From a virus (taxonomy: Duplodnaviria > Caudoviricetes), in IMG/VR virus record IMGVR_UViG_3300012979_000043, positions 5,615 to 69,614 of that record: a stretch of DNA of 64,000 nt; one strand, written 5' to 3'. The notes under the pieces were generated by a model. That model worked only from the letters and a program-made list of their open reading frames with translations, had not been told where the DNA came from and made no database searches. The position numbers were made by a program, and so were the translations under genes. Below, in pieces: positions 10,888-21,188 of the stretch (its first letter is position 1; the number at the start of each line of letters is the position of its first letter).

Positions 10888-11145
10888 ATGTTTGATAGAA
10901 AAGAAATTTTAAACATTATTACTAAACTAATCGCAGACAATTATTATGGTGTAAATATTGATATTATAGAGGAATCATCAATAATTAATGGAACAAAATG
11001 TGGATTAGATAGTTTGGATTGGATAGAGTTAATAATGTTATTAGAAGAAAAATTTAATGTTCAAATATCAGAATCAGAAATTGAAAATATATCAGATGTA
11101 AAAACACTAATTGATATAATAATTGATAAAATGGAGAAAAAATAA
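10888..11145 (+). CDS. acpP: acyl carrier protein
   Basis: GLDSLDWIELIMLLEEKFNVQI phosphopantetheine site. Confidence 0.9.
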   Translation: MFDRKEILNIITKLIADNYYGVNIDIIEESSIINGTKCGLDSLDWIELIMLLEEKFNVQISESEIENISDVKTLIDIIIDKMEKK

Positions 11146-11645
11146 TGACAGTAAGAGTAGGACAATTTGAAAAAATTAGTTATGAACAATGGCATAAAGA
11201 TTTTGGTGATAATGACCAACATAGTTTTGATGCAGTATTAGATGAAATACCAATGCCAAAACGTGCCACAAAAGGTTCTGCAGGTTATGATATAGCAACA
11301 CCATATGATATTGATTTAAACCCTAATGGAGAGATTTTAGTTCCAACCGGTTTAAAATGTAAAATTGATAATGGTTGGGGATTATTTGCTCTACCAAAAT
11401 CTGGTTTAGGATTTAAATATTATGTAAGATTGGCCAACACAATTGGTTTGATTGATGAAGATTATTACAACAATGAGGGTAATGAAGGACATATATGGGT
11501 AAAAATTCGCAATGAGGGTTCAAAACCATTACACATTGATGCTCATAAAGGTGTTTGTCAAATGGTATTTTTACCTTATGGTATTACATATGATGATGAA
11601 ACAGAGGGTATTAGAGAAGGTGGGTTTGGTTCAACCAATTCATAA
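11145..11645 (+). CDS. dut: trimeric dUTPase
   Basis: PKRAT.GSAGYD, KSG, GLIDEDY, R.GGFGST. Confidence 0.93.
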   Translation: MTVRVGQFEKISYEQWHKDFGDNDQHSFDAVLDEIPMPKRATKGSAGYDIATPYDIDLNPNGEILVPTGLKCKIDNGWGLFALPKSGLGFKYYVRLANTIGLIDEDYYNNEGNEGHIWVKIRNEGSKPLHIDAHKGVCQMVFLPYGITYDDETEGIREGGFGSTNS

Positions 11646-11664
11646 TAAAATATAACTCAAAAGA

Positions 11665-11692
11665 AAAAAGACCACTTGTTAGTGGTCTTTTT
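11665..11692 (+). terminator. intrinsic terminator
   Basis: AAAAAGACCAC-ttgtta-GTGGTCTTTTT. Confidence 0.75.
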
Positions 11693-11756
11693 GATTAAGT
11701 AATTCTATATTGGAATCAATAAATAATCATATATAATATTATATCAAGGAATTATA

Positions 11757-14528
11757 ATGACAAGAAACACAAAAGAGATTTCATTAATTCAAATTCGTTC
11801 AGGTGATTTAGCACAATTACCAAAAGCATTGCATCAAGCAGAATTTGGGTTGGCAAAAGACCAAAATAGATTATTCATTGGTAATGCCATTAACACACAA
11901 TTAGCAAATAGAACTTCTGAATTTCCTTATCAAAACTTAGAAATTTTAACAGAATTTTCTGAGTTAAAAGATTATTTCAAATATTCATATGAAAACAATA
12001 TACAATCTGTTGGTGGGGAAAATAAAAGAAGTGAATATAAAGAATTTTTACCAATTGTAATACAGTGTTTATATGAATCTCCAATTATTGAAACATCAAC
12101 ATCAATTAAAATTAATGGTGTAGAAATAGAATTTAATGTTTCTGATAAACAATTGGAAATGTTAGATATTGTTGATATTATTAACAGTCATTCAGATGAA
12201 ACACATACTTATGCAACTGTATTATCAGGAACAACAACATTAACATTTATTTGTTTTTCATCATCATTTACAATTGAAGATGGTGTAAGTGGTTCTAATG
12301 TTGTTAGTAGTATATTTGGTATGCCATCAATTTATGAATCAAATATATTAATGCCTGTTAGAAAAGTAACAGAAAAAATGGATGATTATTTAAACATAAC
12401 CGATTTTGGTGTATCTGGAGATGGGACCTCTAATTATTCTGATGTAATATTTGGTAGTTTATTAGAAGTATATAAAAATTACAATGATTCACAATTTTTT
12501 AGAAAGGTATTCTTTCCTGCTGGAACATATATAAATGAACCAAAAATACCATTAAATATGACAACCCCAATATCATATCCATTACCATTAGTTTCTAATT
12601 TACATATTGTTGGTGAAGGTATTGATAGAACAATAATCAAAAGAATTGGTGATAGTGCATATCCATTGTTTGATTGTTTAAATGAATCATTAACATTATC
12701 AAGTCATTGGAAAGAAGATGAATCTGTATCAATATCCAATATATTGATTGAGGATTTAACATTTGATTCACCAAATTTATTGGGAACACTAAATGGATTA
12801 AAAGATGTTGTGTTTAATAAAGTAAAATTTACAACACAAGATGTTTCAGATTTATTTAATATAACAAATTGTTCAAATATTATATTTAATGAATGTTTAT
12901 TTGAAAATTCAGATTATGGTATATTAATTAATGGTAATTCGAAAAATATCACATTTAATAATTGTTATTTTAAAGACATTAAGAGACAAGCAATTATATT
13001 TAGTTCAGCATCATGTTGTAATTTAAATTCAAATATATTTAATAATTGTTGTTCAAATACTGAAACAAGTGAAGTATTACTCTTGGATAATGATTCTAAA
13101 TATATTTCTATTCACCAATCACAATTTGATGAAAACATAATAAAACAGGAAAATAATAAACTCCCATTTATTGATAATGGTAACTATAATTTTTGTGACA
13201 CATTAGATATTACAACAGATGAAAGAAAACATTTAAGATTTTATTTTGCACAACCAAAATGGGATTTTATTAAAACATTATATACACCAAATGGTGAACC
13301 AATATTATCAACAGTAGATGATGAGAATGCATCATTACAAATTACAAATGATGGCAATTTAAATTTAATATCAACAGTTGATGGTGATACAACTATTCAA
13401 ACAAAAGCATCATCCAATGTGATAATTGGTAAAAGTTTAGATGATACAGAAGAATCCGGAAAAGTTATATTTAATAAAGATATAGATGTAAATGGTAATA
13501 AAATTATCAATGATGTTGAAAAAACAGAATTGGTTATTAAACCAGCACCAGATATGCCAATAACAATTGAAGAAAATACATTTACAGAAACACCATATAA
13601 TGAATTAATTGTTGGTGATTTAGATGCTGTACCAAATGTTGCATATGTTGAAGAGGCAGCAAATACAACTTTAACATTCAAAATAACATCTGAATCATTA
13701 AAAAATGAACAAACTGGTGAAAATGTATCACAAGCAAATGAATTGGATTTAATTACTTTTGCAAATACTAAATTTGGTGATACTGTATATTTAAAATCAA
13801 TATCAATTAATGTTTTAAAACCTTTTTATAAAGCATATAAAAACAAACAAAAAGCAGTTGATTATTCACCAACATACACATATTATGCAGGAGATGTAGT
13901 AAAAAGTGGTGATTCATATGGTATTGTAAAAAATACTCATATTGCAACTAATTCAGAATTTGATGAAAATGTTGTATTAATGAGTGATAATGATATTTCT
14001 GATATTTCATATATTGATATTATTGCAAGTAATGTTAATAATGGGGCAACTTATTCACTAACAAGCACATTTGAAAATGATATCCATGATGTTTCAAGTG
14101 ATTATTATAAACTAACTGCAAACATTGGTGGAATTAATAATTATGGATTAAATCCTTCTGAATTTGATGAATCAAAAATATATGGTGAAAGAGATAGTTT
14201 AGTTAAACATCAAGATAAAATATTCTGCATATATGAATTAGATACAGAAAAAACATTTACTCCAATTGAATTACATAACACCGATTTGGCATATAAAAAA
14301 TATTCTGATGGATTTAATTATATATATGATATGGATAGAATGATTGTTGATAATTCTAATAATAATTCTGTGCTATTATCATTAAACAATTTTGTAAATT
14401 ATACACTAAAAATTAGATTTGCAGATGAAAATGGTGTATTATTAAATGAAATAAATGATAAAACACAATTAAACCCTGGTGGTGAAATGATAATTAGAAT
14501 TGAATACACTAAGAGAAAACTTATATAA
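11757..14528 (+). CDS. virion/baseplate protein with pectate-lyase-like beta-helix
   Basis: IQIRSG...LP.AL..AEFG.A.D..RLFIGN N-terminus; DFGVSGDG, VFFPAGTY, IVGEGIDRTII. Confidence 0.7.
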   Translation: MTRNTKEISLIQIRSGDLAQLPKALHQAEFGLAKDQNRLFIGNAINTQLANRTSEFPYQNLEILTEFSELKDYFKYSYENNIQSVGGENKRSEYKEFLPIVIQCLYESPIIETSTSIKINGVEIEFNVSDKQLEMLDIVDIINSHSDETHTYATVLSGTTTLTFICFSSSFTIEDGVSGSNVVSSIFGMPSIYESNILMPVRKVTEKMDDYLNITDFGVSGDGTSNYSDVIFGSLLEVYKNYNDSQFFRKVFFPAGTYINEPKIPLNMTTPISYPLPLVSNLHIVGEGIDRTIIKRIGDSAYPLFDCLNESLTLSSHWKEDESVSISNILIEDLTFDSPNLLGTLNGLKDVVFNKVKFTTQDVSDLFNITNCSNIIFNECLFENSDYGILINGNSKNITFNNCYFKDIKRQAIIFSSASCCNLNSNIFNNCCSNTETSEVLLLDNDSKYISIHQSQFDENIIKQENNKLPFIDNGNYNFCDTLDITTDERKHLRFYFAQPKWDFIKTLYTPNGEPILSTVDDENASLQITNDGNLNLISTVDGDTTIQTKASSNVIIGKSLDDTEESGKVIFNKDIDVNGNKIINDVEKTELVIKPAPDMPITIEENTFTETPYNELIVGDLDAVPNVAYVEEAANTTLTFKITSESLKNEQTGENVSQANELDLITFANTKFGDTVYLKSISINVLKPFYKAYKNKQKAVDYSPTYTYYAGDVVKSGDSYGIVKNTHIATNSEFDENVVLMSDNDISDISYIDIIASNVNNGATYSLTSTFENDIHDVSSDYYKLTANIGGINNYGLNPSEFDESKIYGERDSLVKHQDKIFCIYELDTEKTFTPIELHNTDLAYKKYSDGFNYIYDMDRMIVDNSNNNSVLLSLNNFVNYTLKIRFADENGVLLNEINDKTQLNPGGEMIIRIEYTKRKLI

Positions 14529-14539
14529 TGGGATAGATA

Positions 14540-14851
14540 ATGAAGATTAAATCATTTTTAATAGAAAAATTAGTTCAATCAAGTTGGTTAGAAGATATAA
14601 GTTATTATAATCGTCATAATAGAATGTTCCCAGGTGAAGAAGTAATAACCTTTAGAGTCAAGGGAAATCCAAAAACATATATTGTCAGAGGATTAACTAG
14701 ACATGACTATATTGAGTGGATAAAAAGTTCATCAAAAGGAAAAATGTATCATAAATTAAAACATTATTTTGCAAGAGGATGGTATGATACAAACCCATTT
14801 AAAATTATTGATAGAAGCAAAATTAAACCAATAAAAAAAGAGAAGTTATAA
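14540..14851 (+). CDS. KTSC-domain protein
   Basis: VQSSWLEDISY...ITF...Y....Y.EWIKSSSKGKMYH. Confidence 0.7.
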   Translation: MKIKSFLIEKLVQSSWLEDISYYNRHNRMFPGEEVITFRVKGNPKTYIVRGLTRHDYIEWIKSSSKGKMYHKLKHYFARGWYDTNPFKIIDRSKIKPIKKEKL

Positions 14852-14991
14852 CTTCTCTTTTTTCCACATTCATACCAATATTATTTAATATTGAATATAT
14901 AATCACCATATGATATAATTTTCAATGTTATAGAATGAGTATTTTTATATCTAAATTATTAAAATAAAAACTCTTAAATAAGGAGAATAAT

Positions 14992-15222
14992 ATGGCAAAT
15001 ATATTCATATCTGATAAGTTATATAAAACATTAACAAATAAAGAATTAATCAAAAAACAACAAGAACTTGAATTAAAATTATCAAGGGCAAGAACAATGA
15101 CTTGTATTCCAAAAGGGGTGATATATGATATGACCACATTAATTAATATTATTGATGATGAGATTAATAAAAGATTAAATAATGGTGATATGGATGAAGA
15201 TGAATTGGATGAAGATTATTAA
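14992..15222 (+). CDS. hypothetical protein
   Basis: 76 aa ORF, AGGAG SD. Confidence 0.65.
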   Translation: MANIFISDKLYKTLTNKELIKKQQELELKLSRARTMTCIPKGVIYDMTTLINIIDDEINKRLNNGDMDEDELDEDY

Positions 15223-15457
15223 ACCATTTCTATTTCTTCTTATTGGTTTTTATTTTTGTTTTATGTGTTTTATAACATTATTTTTATATTGTTTTGTATT
15301 TTTATTTTTTATAATATGTTATATCATAAAAAATGAAGATAAAATGTGTGAATGTGTTTATACATTAATAGAATTATGGGAACTTCCATTTTATGAAACA
15401 TTAGAGGTATTTGATAAGTTAAGTTATGACAGAAAAAGATTTAATAAATTTGGGTAA
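15209..15457 (+). CDS. small membrane protein
   Basis: MKIIKPFLFLLIG..., hydrophobic, fills the gap between neighbours. Confidence 0.4.
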   Translation: MKIIKPFLFLLIGFYFCFMCFITLFLYCFVFLFFIICYIIKNEDKMCECVYTLIELWELPFYETLEVFDKLSYDRKRFNKFG

Positions 15458-15965
15458 TAGAGTTATAGATAAAAATGGTAATGTTGTTTACTTTAATAAT
15501 TCATTAATTGAATTAATGTACAATGACATTATCCCAAGTGATGTTTTATATCCTGATAATGATTGTGATGTTAAAGCATTTAATAAGTTTAGTTATGAAA
15601 ACTTTGATGATGTTTATTATCAATTACCACATAAGATAAAAACAGTTGAAGAAATAAAAAATAATTGGTTTTATCCAAAAGAATTTGATGAATTACCTTT
15701 GGATATATTCTTTAATGAATTGGTTAAACATAAATCACAAAAGTATAAGGATAGGGTAAAACTTGAATTAAACCTTTATAGAGAAAAAGGTATGGAAAAG
15801 TTTTTACGATTCTGTATATATCTTTCAACCATTATAGCAGAAAATGATTTGGTTGTAGGTGTTGGTCGTGGAAGTTCTGTATCAAGTTTATTATTGTATG
15901 AATTAAAAATTCATTTAATTGACCCAATTAAATATGAGTTGGATATAAGAGAATTTTTAAAATAA
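15426..15965 (+). CDS. stand-alone fragment of DNA polymerase III alpha (DnaE)
   Basis: RVKLEL...VGVGRGSSVSSLLLYELKIHLIDPIKYELDIREFL. Confidence 0.85.
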   Translation: MTEKDLINLGNRVIDKNGNVVYFNNSLIELMYNDIIPSDVLYPDNDCDVKAFNKFSYENFDDVYYQLPHKIKTVEEIKNNWFYPKEFDELPLDIFFNELVKHKSQKYKDRVKLELNLYREKGMEKFLRFCIYLSTIIAENDLVVGVGRGSSVSSLLLYELKIHLIDPIKYELDIREFLK

Positions 15966-15985
15966 AGTTTAATATAAATTTCCTA

Positions 15986-16014
15986 TTGACATCCAAGAAT
16001 AATTATGATATATT
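15986..16014 (+). promoter_or_regulatory. sigma70-type promoter
   Basis: TTGACA-17 nt-TATATT with TG extended -10. Confidence 0.7.
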
Positions 16015-16055
16015 AACTTGTCAATAAGAAACTTAAATGATTGAGGTAAAATACT

Positions 16056-16943
16056 ATGAAATTTAGAATTATGTCAGATTTACATGTTGATGTCAATGAA
16101 AGATTCCCATTAAGATGTATGGAAGATGGTGAAAAAATCTTTACCTTAATTGCTGGTGATATTTCTGGTGATCCAGTTGAGGACTTTAGATGGTTGAGAA
16201 ATAATACAGATATGCATGGAGCATTTGTATCTGGAAATCATATTGTTTATAATTTTGATGATAAAACCATTCAAGAATTACAGGAAGCATTAAAAGTGTT
16301 TTGTCCAAATGAAGATGGTAAAAGATGGAGATATTTAGAAAAAGACCATATTGTATTGGAAGATGAAAAAACAGTAATTGTTGGTTCAACATTATGGACA
16401 GATTATAAGTATGGTGGTCCAGACCAAAATTATAATATGTTGATTGCTACAAAATCATTAAATGATTTTAGATGGGGTAAAATTTCTCATACAGAATCAT
16501 TGACTCCACAATGGTGTTTAGAAGAACATAAGAAATCATTGGAATATATTGATAAAATCTGCAATGAATATAAAGATTATGATATTGTTGTTCTTTCCCA
16601 TCATGCACCAAGTGAAGAATCCATTGCACCAATTTATAAAAATAAACCATCTAATGGTGCATATGTTAGTGATTTAAAAGATTTTATTTTGAATCATTCT
16701 AATATTAAGTTATGGGTTCACGGTCATGTTCATAATTTTTTTGAATATGAGATTGGTGATTGTAAGGTTATTTGTAATCCTAGGGGATATGTATTTAGAG
16801 GTGAAAGTAGATATTGGACACCAAATGTTATATATGATATGAAAACAAAATATCTTACTATAACACCGATTGAAATGAGCAAGGAAGAAAAAGAAGATTT
16901 AGATAAACAAGATATAGCAATAGAGAAATTATTGGGATTTTAA
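16056..16943 (+). CDS. calcineurin-like metallophosphoesterase
   Basis: SDLH, AGDI, SGNH, HHAP, HGHVH, NPRGY. Confidence 0.88.
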   Translation: MKFRIMSDLHVDVNERFPLRCMEDGEKIFTLIAGDISGDPVEDFRWLRNNTDMHGAFVSGNHIVYNFDDKTIQELQEALKVFCPNEDGKRWRYLEKDHIVLEDEKTVIVGSTLWTDYKYGGPDQNYNMLIATKSLNDFRWGKISHTESLTPQWCLEEHKKSLEYIDKICNEYKDYDIVVLSHHAPSEESIAPIYKNKPSNGAYVSDLKDFILNHSNIKLWVHGHVHNFFEYEIGDCKVICNPRGYVFRGESRYWTPNVIYDMKTKYLTITPIEMSKEEKEDLDKQDIAIEKLLGF

Positions 16944-17021
16944 CCAATAATTTCTTTTTAAATAGTAGTTTTTTGTATAATTACTACCATAAATAGAGTT
17001 ATATATTTAAAGGAGTTATAT

Positions 17022-17363
17022 ATGGTTAAAAGTTTCCGTGGCAAAGAAGTTAATATGTTATCATTGATTAAAAAAAATGAACATAAAGTTTGTTTGGGTA
17101 ATTCAAAAACAAATGCTAGAGGTGATATTATTGGAAAGGGTGGCATTATTATTAAAACCCGTGAGGAACAAATCAAAGAATATGAAGAACAGGTTAAACT
17201 ACAATCTGGTTCTGTAAGTATGAAAGGAACCGAATTAACAAACATTGAAGAAAATTTAAAAAAATACACATCAAAACCAGAAAAAATTGTTCCAAAAAAA
17301 CAGAAGAAAAAAGAAGAAACAGAAGAAACTATTGAGGAAGAAATTATTTTTGATGAGGAATAA
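17022..17363 (+). CDS. conserved jumbo-phage hypothetical protein
   Basis: LGN..TNARGDIIG.GG.IIKTREE motif; AGGAG SD. Confidence 0.65.
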   Translation: MVKSFRGKEVNMLSLIKKNEHKVCLGNSKTNARGDIIGKGGIIIKTREEQIKEYEEQVKLQSGSVSMKGTELTNIEENLKKYTSKPEKIVPKKQKKKEETEETIEEEIIFDEE

Positions 17364-17365
17364 AA

Positions 17366-17818
17366 ATGGAAATAACAAGACCAATGATTCAATATTTTAA
17401 TAATAGAACAAAAAAACATATTGAATATGTAAATTATTTTGCCAAAAAAGTTGGTTATTCATTTCCAAACCATGATTCAGATAAGTTTAATAGTGATTTA
17501 ACAAAACCATATATTATTTTATCTTGGTGTTCTTTTAAAAAACAACCACTTCCAACAAAAGAATATGATGAATTAATAAATGCTATGAAATCTCACTATT
17601 CAACAAATAAACATCATCCAGAATATTGGGAAAATATTGATGATATGGATAAAGAAAGTTTGATTGAAATGTGTGCTGATTGGTGTGCTATGAGTAAAGA
17701 ATATAATAATGATCCATTTAATTGGGCAGATAATAATATCAATATAAGATGGTATTTTAATGACAAACAGATTAAATTTATTTATAATACTATGAATATT
17801 ATGTGGAGTGATGAATGA
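17366..17818 (+). CDS. HD-like protein (DUF5662-like)
   Basis: HDSDKF, HY..NKHHPEYW, EM.ADW.AMS. Confidence 0.65.
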   Translation: MEITRPMIQYFNNRTKKHIEYVNYFAKKVGYSFPNHDSDKFNSDLTKPYIILSWCSFKKQPLPTKEYDELINAMKSHYSTNKHHPEYWENIDDMDKESLIEMCADWCAMSKEYNNDPFNWADNNINIRWYFNDKQIKFIYNTMNIMWSDE

Positions 17819-18177
17819 TTGATTATGGTGTATATATTCCAAACTGTTTAGAATGTTTACCTTCAACAATGTATGTTGAAGAAATTGAATATGGAACAAG
17901 AACAACAAAATGGGGATTTGAAATACCACCAGAAAAAATGGATTCAGAGGGAAATTTTATTAGACCTAGATGGGCAAAAGTATTATGGAAAGCAAATAAT
18001 ATTAATAATGTAAATGTTGGTGAATATGTTTTATTAAAACATGGTCATTGGTCATCATCTATACTAATTATAACCAATAATGAAAAGAAAAAGGTATGGT
18101 ATATATCACCAAAATCATATAAAGATGGTGTGATGGCAGTTTCAAAAGAGAAACCAAAAATTTTATATGAATATTAA
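17815..18177 (+). CDS. GroES-like co-chaperonin
   Basis: RTTKWGFEI...IRPRWAKV...V.VGEYVL..HG.WS pattern of phage GroES homologues. Confidence 0.6.
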   Translation: MIDYGVYIPNCLECLPSTMYVEEIEYGTRTTKWGFEIPPEKMDSEGNFIRPRWAKVLWKANNINNVNVGEYVLLKHGHWSSSILIITNNEKKKVWYISPKSYKDGVMAVSKEKPKILYEY

Positions 18178-18204
18178 AAAATCCCCTTATATAAGGGGAT
18201 TTTT
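18177..18204. terminator. bidirectional intrinsic terminator
   Basis: AAAAATCCCCTT-atat-AAGGGGATTTTT. Confidence 0.8.
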
Positions 18205-18220
18205 ATTTATATATTCTCTA

Positions 18221-20956
18221 TTAAACAGACTTATATACAGAGAATTTAGATAAATCATCTGTTGATTTAGTCATTCCTTCAGAAAACATTAAATACTTAT
18301 CATTCCCACCACTTGTAATTGTTAGTGTTAAATCATCAGTTAAACCACCAACATAATTTGGACAAAGCATACCAGTATAAGGTGATTCAGAAACAGTAGC
18401 GGCACGCCATACTTGACCCGATACCTTAACTGATGAACGAGTGATTAAGTAAGTTGTGTTTGGTTCACATGGTATATAATATGTATCTGTCAATGTTGAT
18501 TCTGTAATATTACCACTATTATTTGTTGAAATATAACCTGTTACAAAGTTTATATTTTGTGGGTCAAATAATCCTGTATTAAATAATATAGGAGTGAAAT
18601 TACTTGTTGTATTTTCATTTAAGAAATATTTTTTAGAAACCAAATCATACATACAAGCAACTCTATTTTCATCAAAAACAGGAACTAAATATTGAACAAA
18701 TTTACCATTTGCATCTTTAATCCAAAACTCAGAAATCATCATTGGAGTAATTGAATTCGACTGATTATATTGTGAGCGTCCAAAGAGTAAAAATGGATTA
18801 TTAGTTTCTAAAATCTTATCAACAGATGTTTGTTCATGGTTAGCTTTAAGTTCTCCATTTACCCAATATTCGGTTGGTGTCATCATCATTTCTGTATATT
18901 CGCTTTTTTGCAAATCGGTGACATTTAAATAAGATGGGTCAAAATGGTTCATTGTTGTTCTACACAAAGTATCGCTTGTGGCCAATAAACCAAATTGTAT
19001 AGTTAAACCTGTTCCAGATGTGTGATAAGCTCCATTGTAAGCATAACTAGATGTACCACCTGTTGTTTTCATCTTAATGTAAAGAGATTTATCGTAAAGG
19101 TCTTTTGATAAAAAACCAGTATCAATGTATTGAGTTCCTGTGCTTTCTAAACATTCTAATTGGTTTTGTAATATCCAACCAAATTCACCACTTCCTTTAT
19201 TATAAAAATGTTTACATGATATTAAATCATACATACAAGGTATAAAATTTTTATCCAACACAGGGATTAAATATTGAACTAGCTCATCATTATCCCATAG
19301 TTTAAAATAGTAAATAACAACTGGGTCAGCATAATTTGTATCTACTCCACCAGAACCATTATTTCTCAAAAACAAGAAGTAATTGTTTGTTGCTAAATTT
19401 CCTGTATAATTCAATGAATAAGTTTCTGAATCATTAACTGTAAAACATTGGTTCTTAATATCAAGTAAAATACTTGATTTTACTGTTGATGGGTGTGTTG
19501 TAACAAATGTTGAACTATTAATTCTAGCAGAAAAATAACCACTTGCATCACTCCAAATCTGAAGTCTGTTTTCATAATCACTTGCATTTCTGGTTCCAAC
19601 AAGAGAAACACCTGTATTTACTTCTGATGAATACCCAAAAACTTCCATCTTATGATTTTCTGATGGTATAAACCCAGTATCAATCCATTGATTACCATCG
19701 CTCTTCAAATAACTCACAAGTTGTGAACCATCTTCAAAATAACCTTTGAATGAACCTGTCCCTTGATTACGGAAATACTGTTTGCTCACAAGGTCATACA
19801 TACAAGGCGTTAAGTCTTCATCAAAGACTGGGATTAAATACATTATGTATTTACCACTTTCCCAAATTTTGTAAGAATACATCTTACCTTTATAACCATT
19901 TGTAGTTGCAACAACACCACCATTCATACGATTAAAGATTGCAAGAGGATAAACACAATTAACCTCTCCTAAACCATTAATAGTTGTCATATCATAATCA
20001 ACCGTTACATCATCAGTAACAGTTCTAATCAATTTGTTATGGTTATCAACCGTTAAAACAACTCTTATATGTAAACCTGTGAATGCTTGACCATTATATA
20101 TCAATCCACCCACACCATCCAAACCATAATAACCACTTCTGTTATGAGAATTTATTTGCAAGCAGTAGTTTGATGATGATATAACACAGTGGAATTTATT
20201 TGCGTTTGAATTTTCTAAAGACCCATAAATTACTGTAAACGAAGAACTAGGGTTAGGGAAATAATCCACTTCAACTGCTGTGTTTGAATTTGGATAATAG
20301 TCAGTTAAAAGGTATTGATTACCGTCAGATTCCAAACATTCCAACTGATTAGGTAATCTCCACTTAAACTCACCCTCACCTTGATTATATAAGAATTTAT
20401 GTCTTACTTTATCATACATACAAGGTATAAAATTTTTATCCAAAATAGGGATTAAATCAGCTATCAATTCATTATTTGCATTGTAAAATTTTGCACCAGA
20501 TATTTTACAATGACAAGCTAATGTTGTGCCATAATTAGGAACATTAAATAACCAAAAGTTTAATGGTTGACCTGTAATAGTATTCTGTCTTATTATACTT
20601 TTTCCATCAACTGTTAGTTTGCAACTACCTGAACTTATACTACCGTTGTGAGTAAATTCTACTTCTTGCCATTGATATGCGTTTGAATCAGTAAGAGTAA
20701 TACCACCACCAACTTCAAAAGTTCCACCAGAAGTTTTACCAAAATAAGTGGTGTTATAAGAGCTAAAGCCCATAACTTGACGAGTTTTAACCTCTTCATT
20801 AAAACAAATCCCAATAACTGCTTTGATTGGTTGGAAAGCAACCCCTGTATCAATAAATTGAGTGCCTGTGGATTCCAAATATGCAAGTTTAATATACTCA
20901 TCTGATCCTATTTTTTCAGTTTGCATCAACTTAAAAAGTTTTTTACGCAAATTCAT
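18221..20956 (-). CDS. receptor-binding/tail protein with four LamG/ConA-like repeats
   Basis: Four units from L[EK]S[TD]G[TN]Q[FYW] to P...CMYD...F.N. Confidence 0.7.
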   Translation of the reverse strand: MNLRKKLFKLMQTEKIGSDEYIKLAYLESTGTQFIDTGVAFQPIKAVIGICFNEEVKTRQVMGFSSYNTTYFGKTSGGTFEVGGGITLTDSNAYQWQEVEFTHNGSISSGSCKLTVDGKSIIRQNTITGQPLNFWLFNVPNYGTTLACHCKISGAKFYNANNELIADLIPILDKNFIPCMYDKVRHKFLYNQGEGEFKWRLPNQLECLESDGNQYLLTDYYPNSNTAVEVDYFPNPSSSFTVIYGSLENSNANKFHCVISSSNYCLQINSHNRSGYYGLDGVGGLIYNGQAFTGLHIRVVLTVDNHNKLIRTVTDDVTVDYDMTTINGLGEVNCVYPLAIFNRMNGGVVATTNGYKGKMYSYKIWESGKYIMYLIPVFDEDLTPCMYDLVSKQYFRNQGTGSFKGYFEDGSQLVSYLKSDGNQWIDTGFIPSENHKMEVFGYSSEVNTGVSLVGTRNASDYENRLQIWSDASGYFSARINSSTFVTTHPSTVKSSILLDIKNQCFTVNDSETYSLNYTGNLATNNYFLFLRNNGSGGVDTNYADPVVIYYFKLWDNDELVQYLIPVLDKNFIPCMYDLISCKHFYNKGSGEFGWILQNQLECLESTGTQYIDTGFLSKDLYDKSLYIKMKTTGGTSSYAYNGAYHTSGTGLTIQFGLLATSDTLCRTTMNHFDPSYLNVTDLQKSEYTEMMMTPTEYWVNGELKANHEQTSVDKILETNNPFLLFGRSQYNQSNSITPMMISEFWIKDANGKFVQYLVPVFDENRVACMYDLVSKKYFLNENTTSNFTPILFNTGLFDPQNINFVTGYISTNNSGNITESTLTDTYYIPCEPNTTYLITRSSVKVSGQVWRAATVSESPYTGMLCPNYVGGLTDDLTLTITSGGNDKYLMFSEGMTKSTDDLSKFSVYKSV

Positions 20957-21188
20957 CTTCCATTCCCTCTACATATTTCCATTCATTAATAATTTTTTTT
21001 GTTTTTTTAACATATTTAGGAACAATACAATATCCCTTTTTTTCAGATGGTTTTGTTTTTTCTTCTAATGGTAAATATCCCAATTTAAACAATGTTTCAT
21101 TAGTTGGGTTAGAGTAACTGATACCATTAACTTTTAATGGGTTTCTTACTCTTTTAATATAATCTTCACTAATATATAAGTATAACAT
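20943..21188 (-). CDS. small tail-associated protein
   Basis: SNPT.ETL.KLGYLP; overlaps both neighbours. Confidence 0.6.
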   Translation of the reverse strand: MLYLYISEDYIKRVRNPLKVNGISYSNPTNETLFKLGYLPLEEKTKPSEKKGYCIVPKYVKKTKKIINEWKYVEGMEDEFA

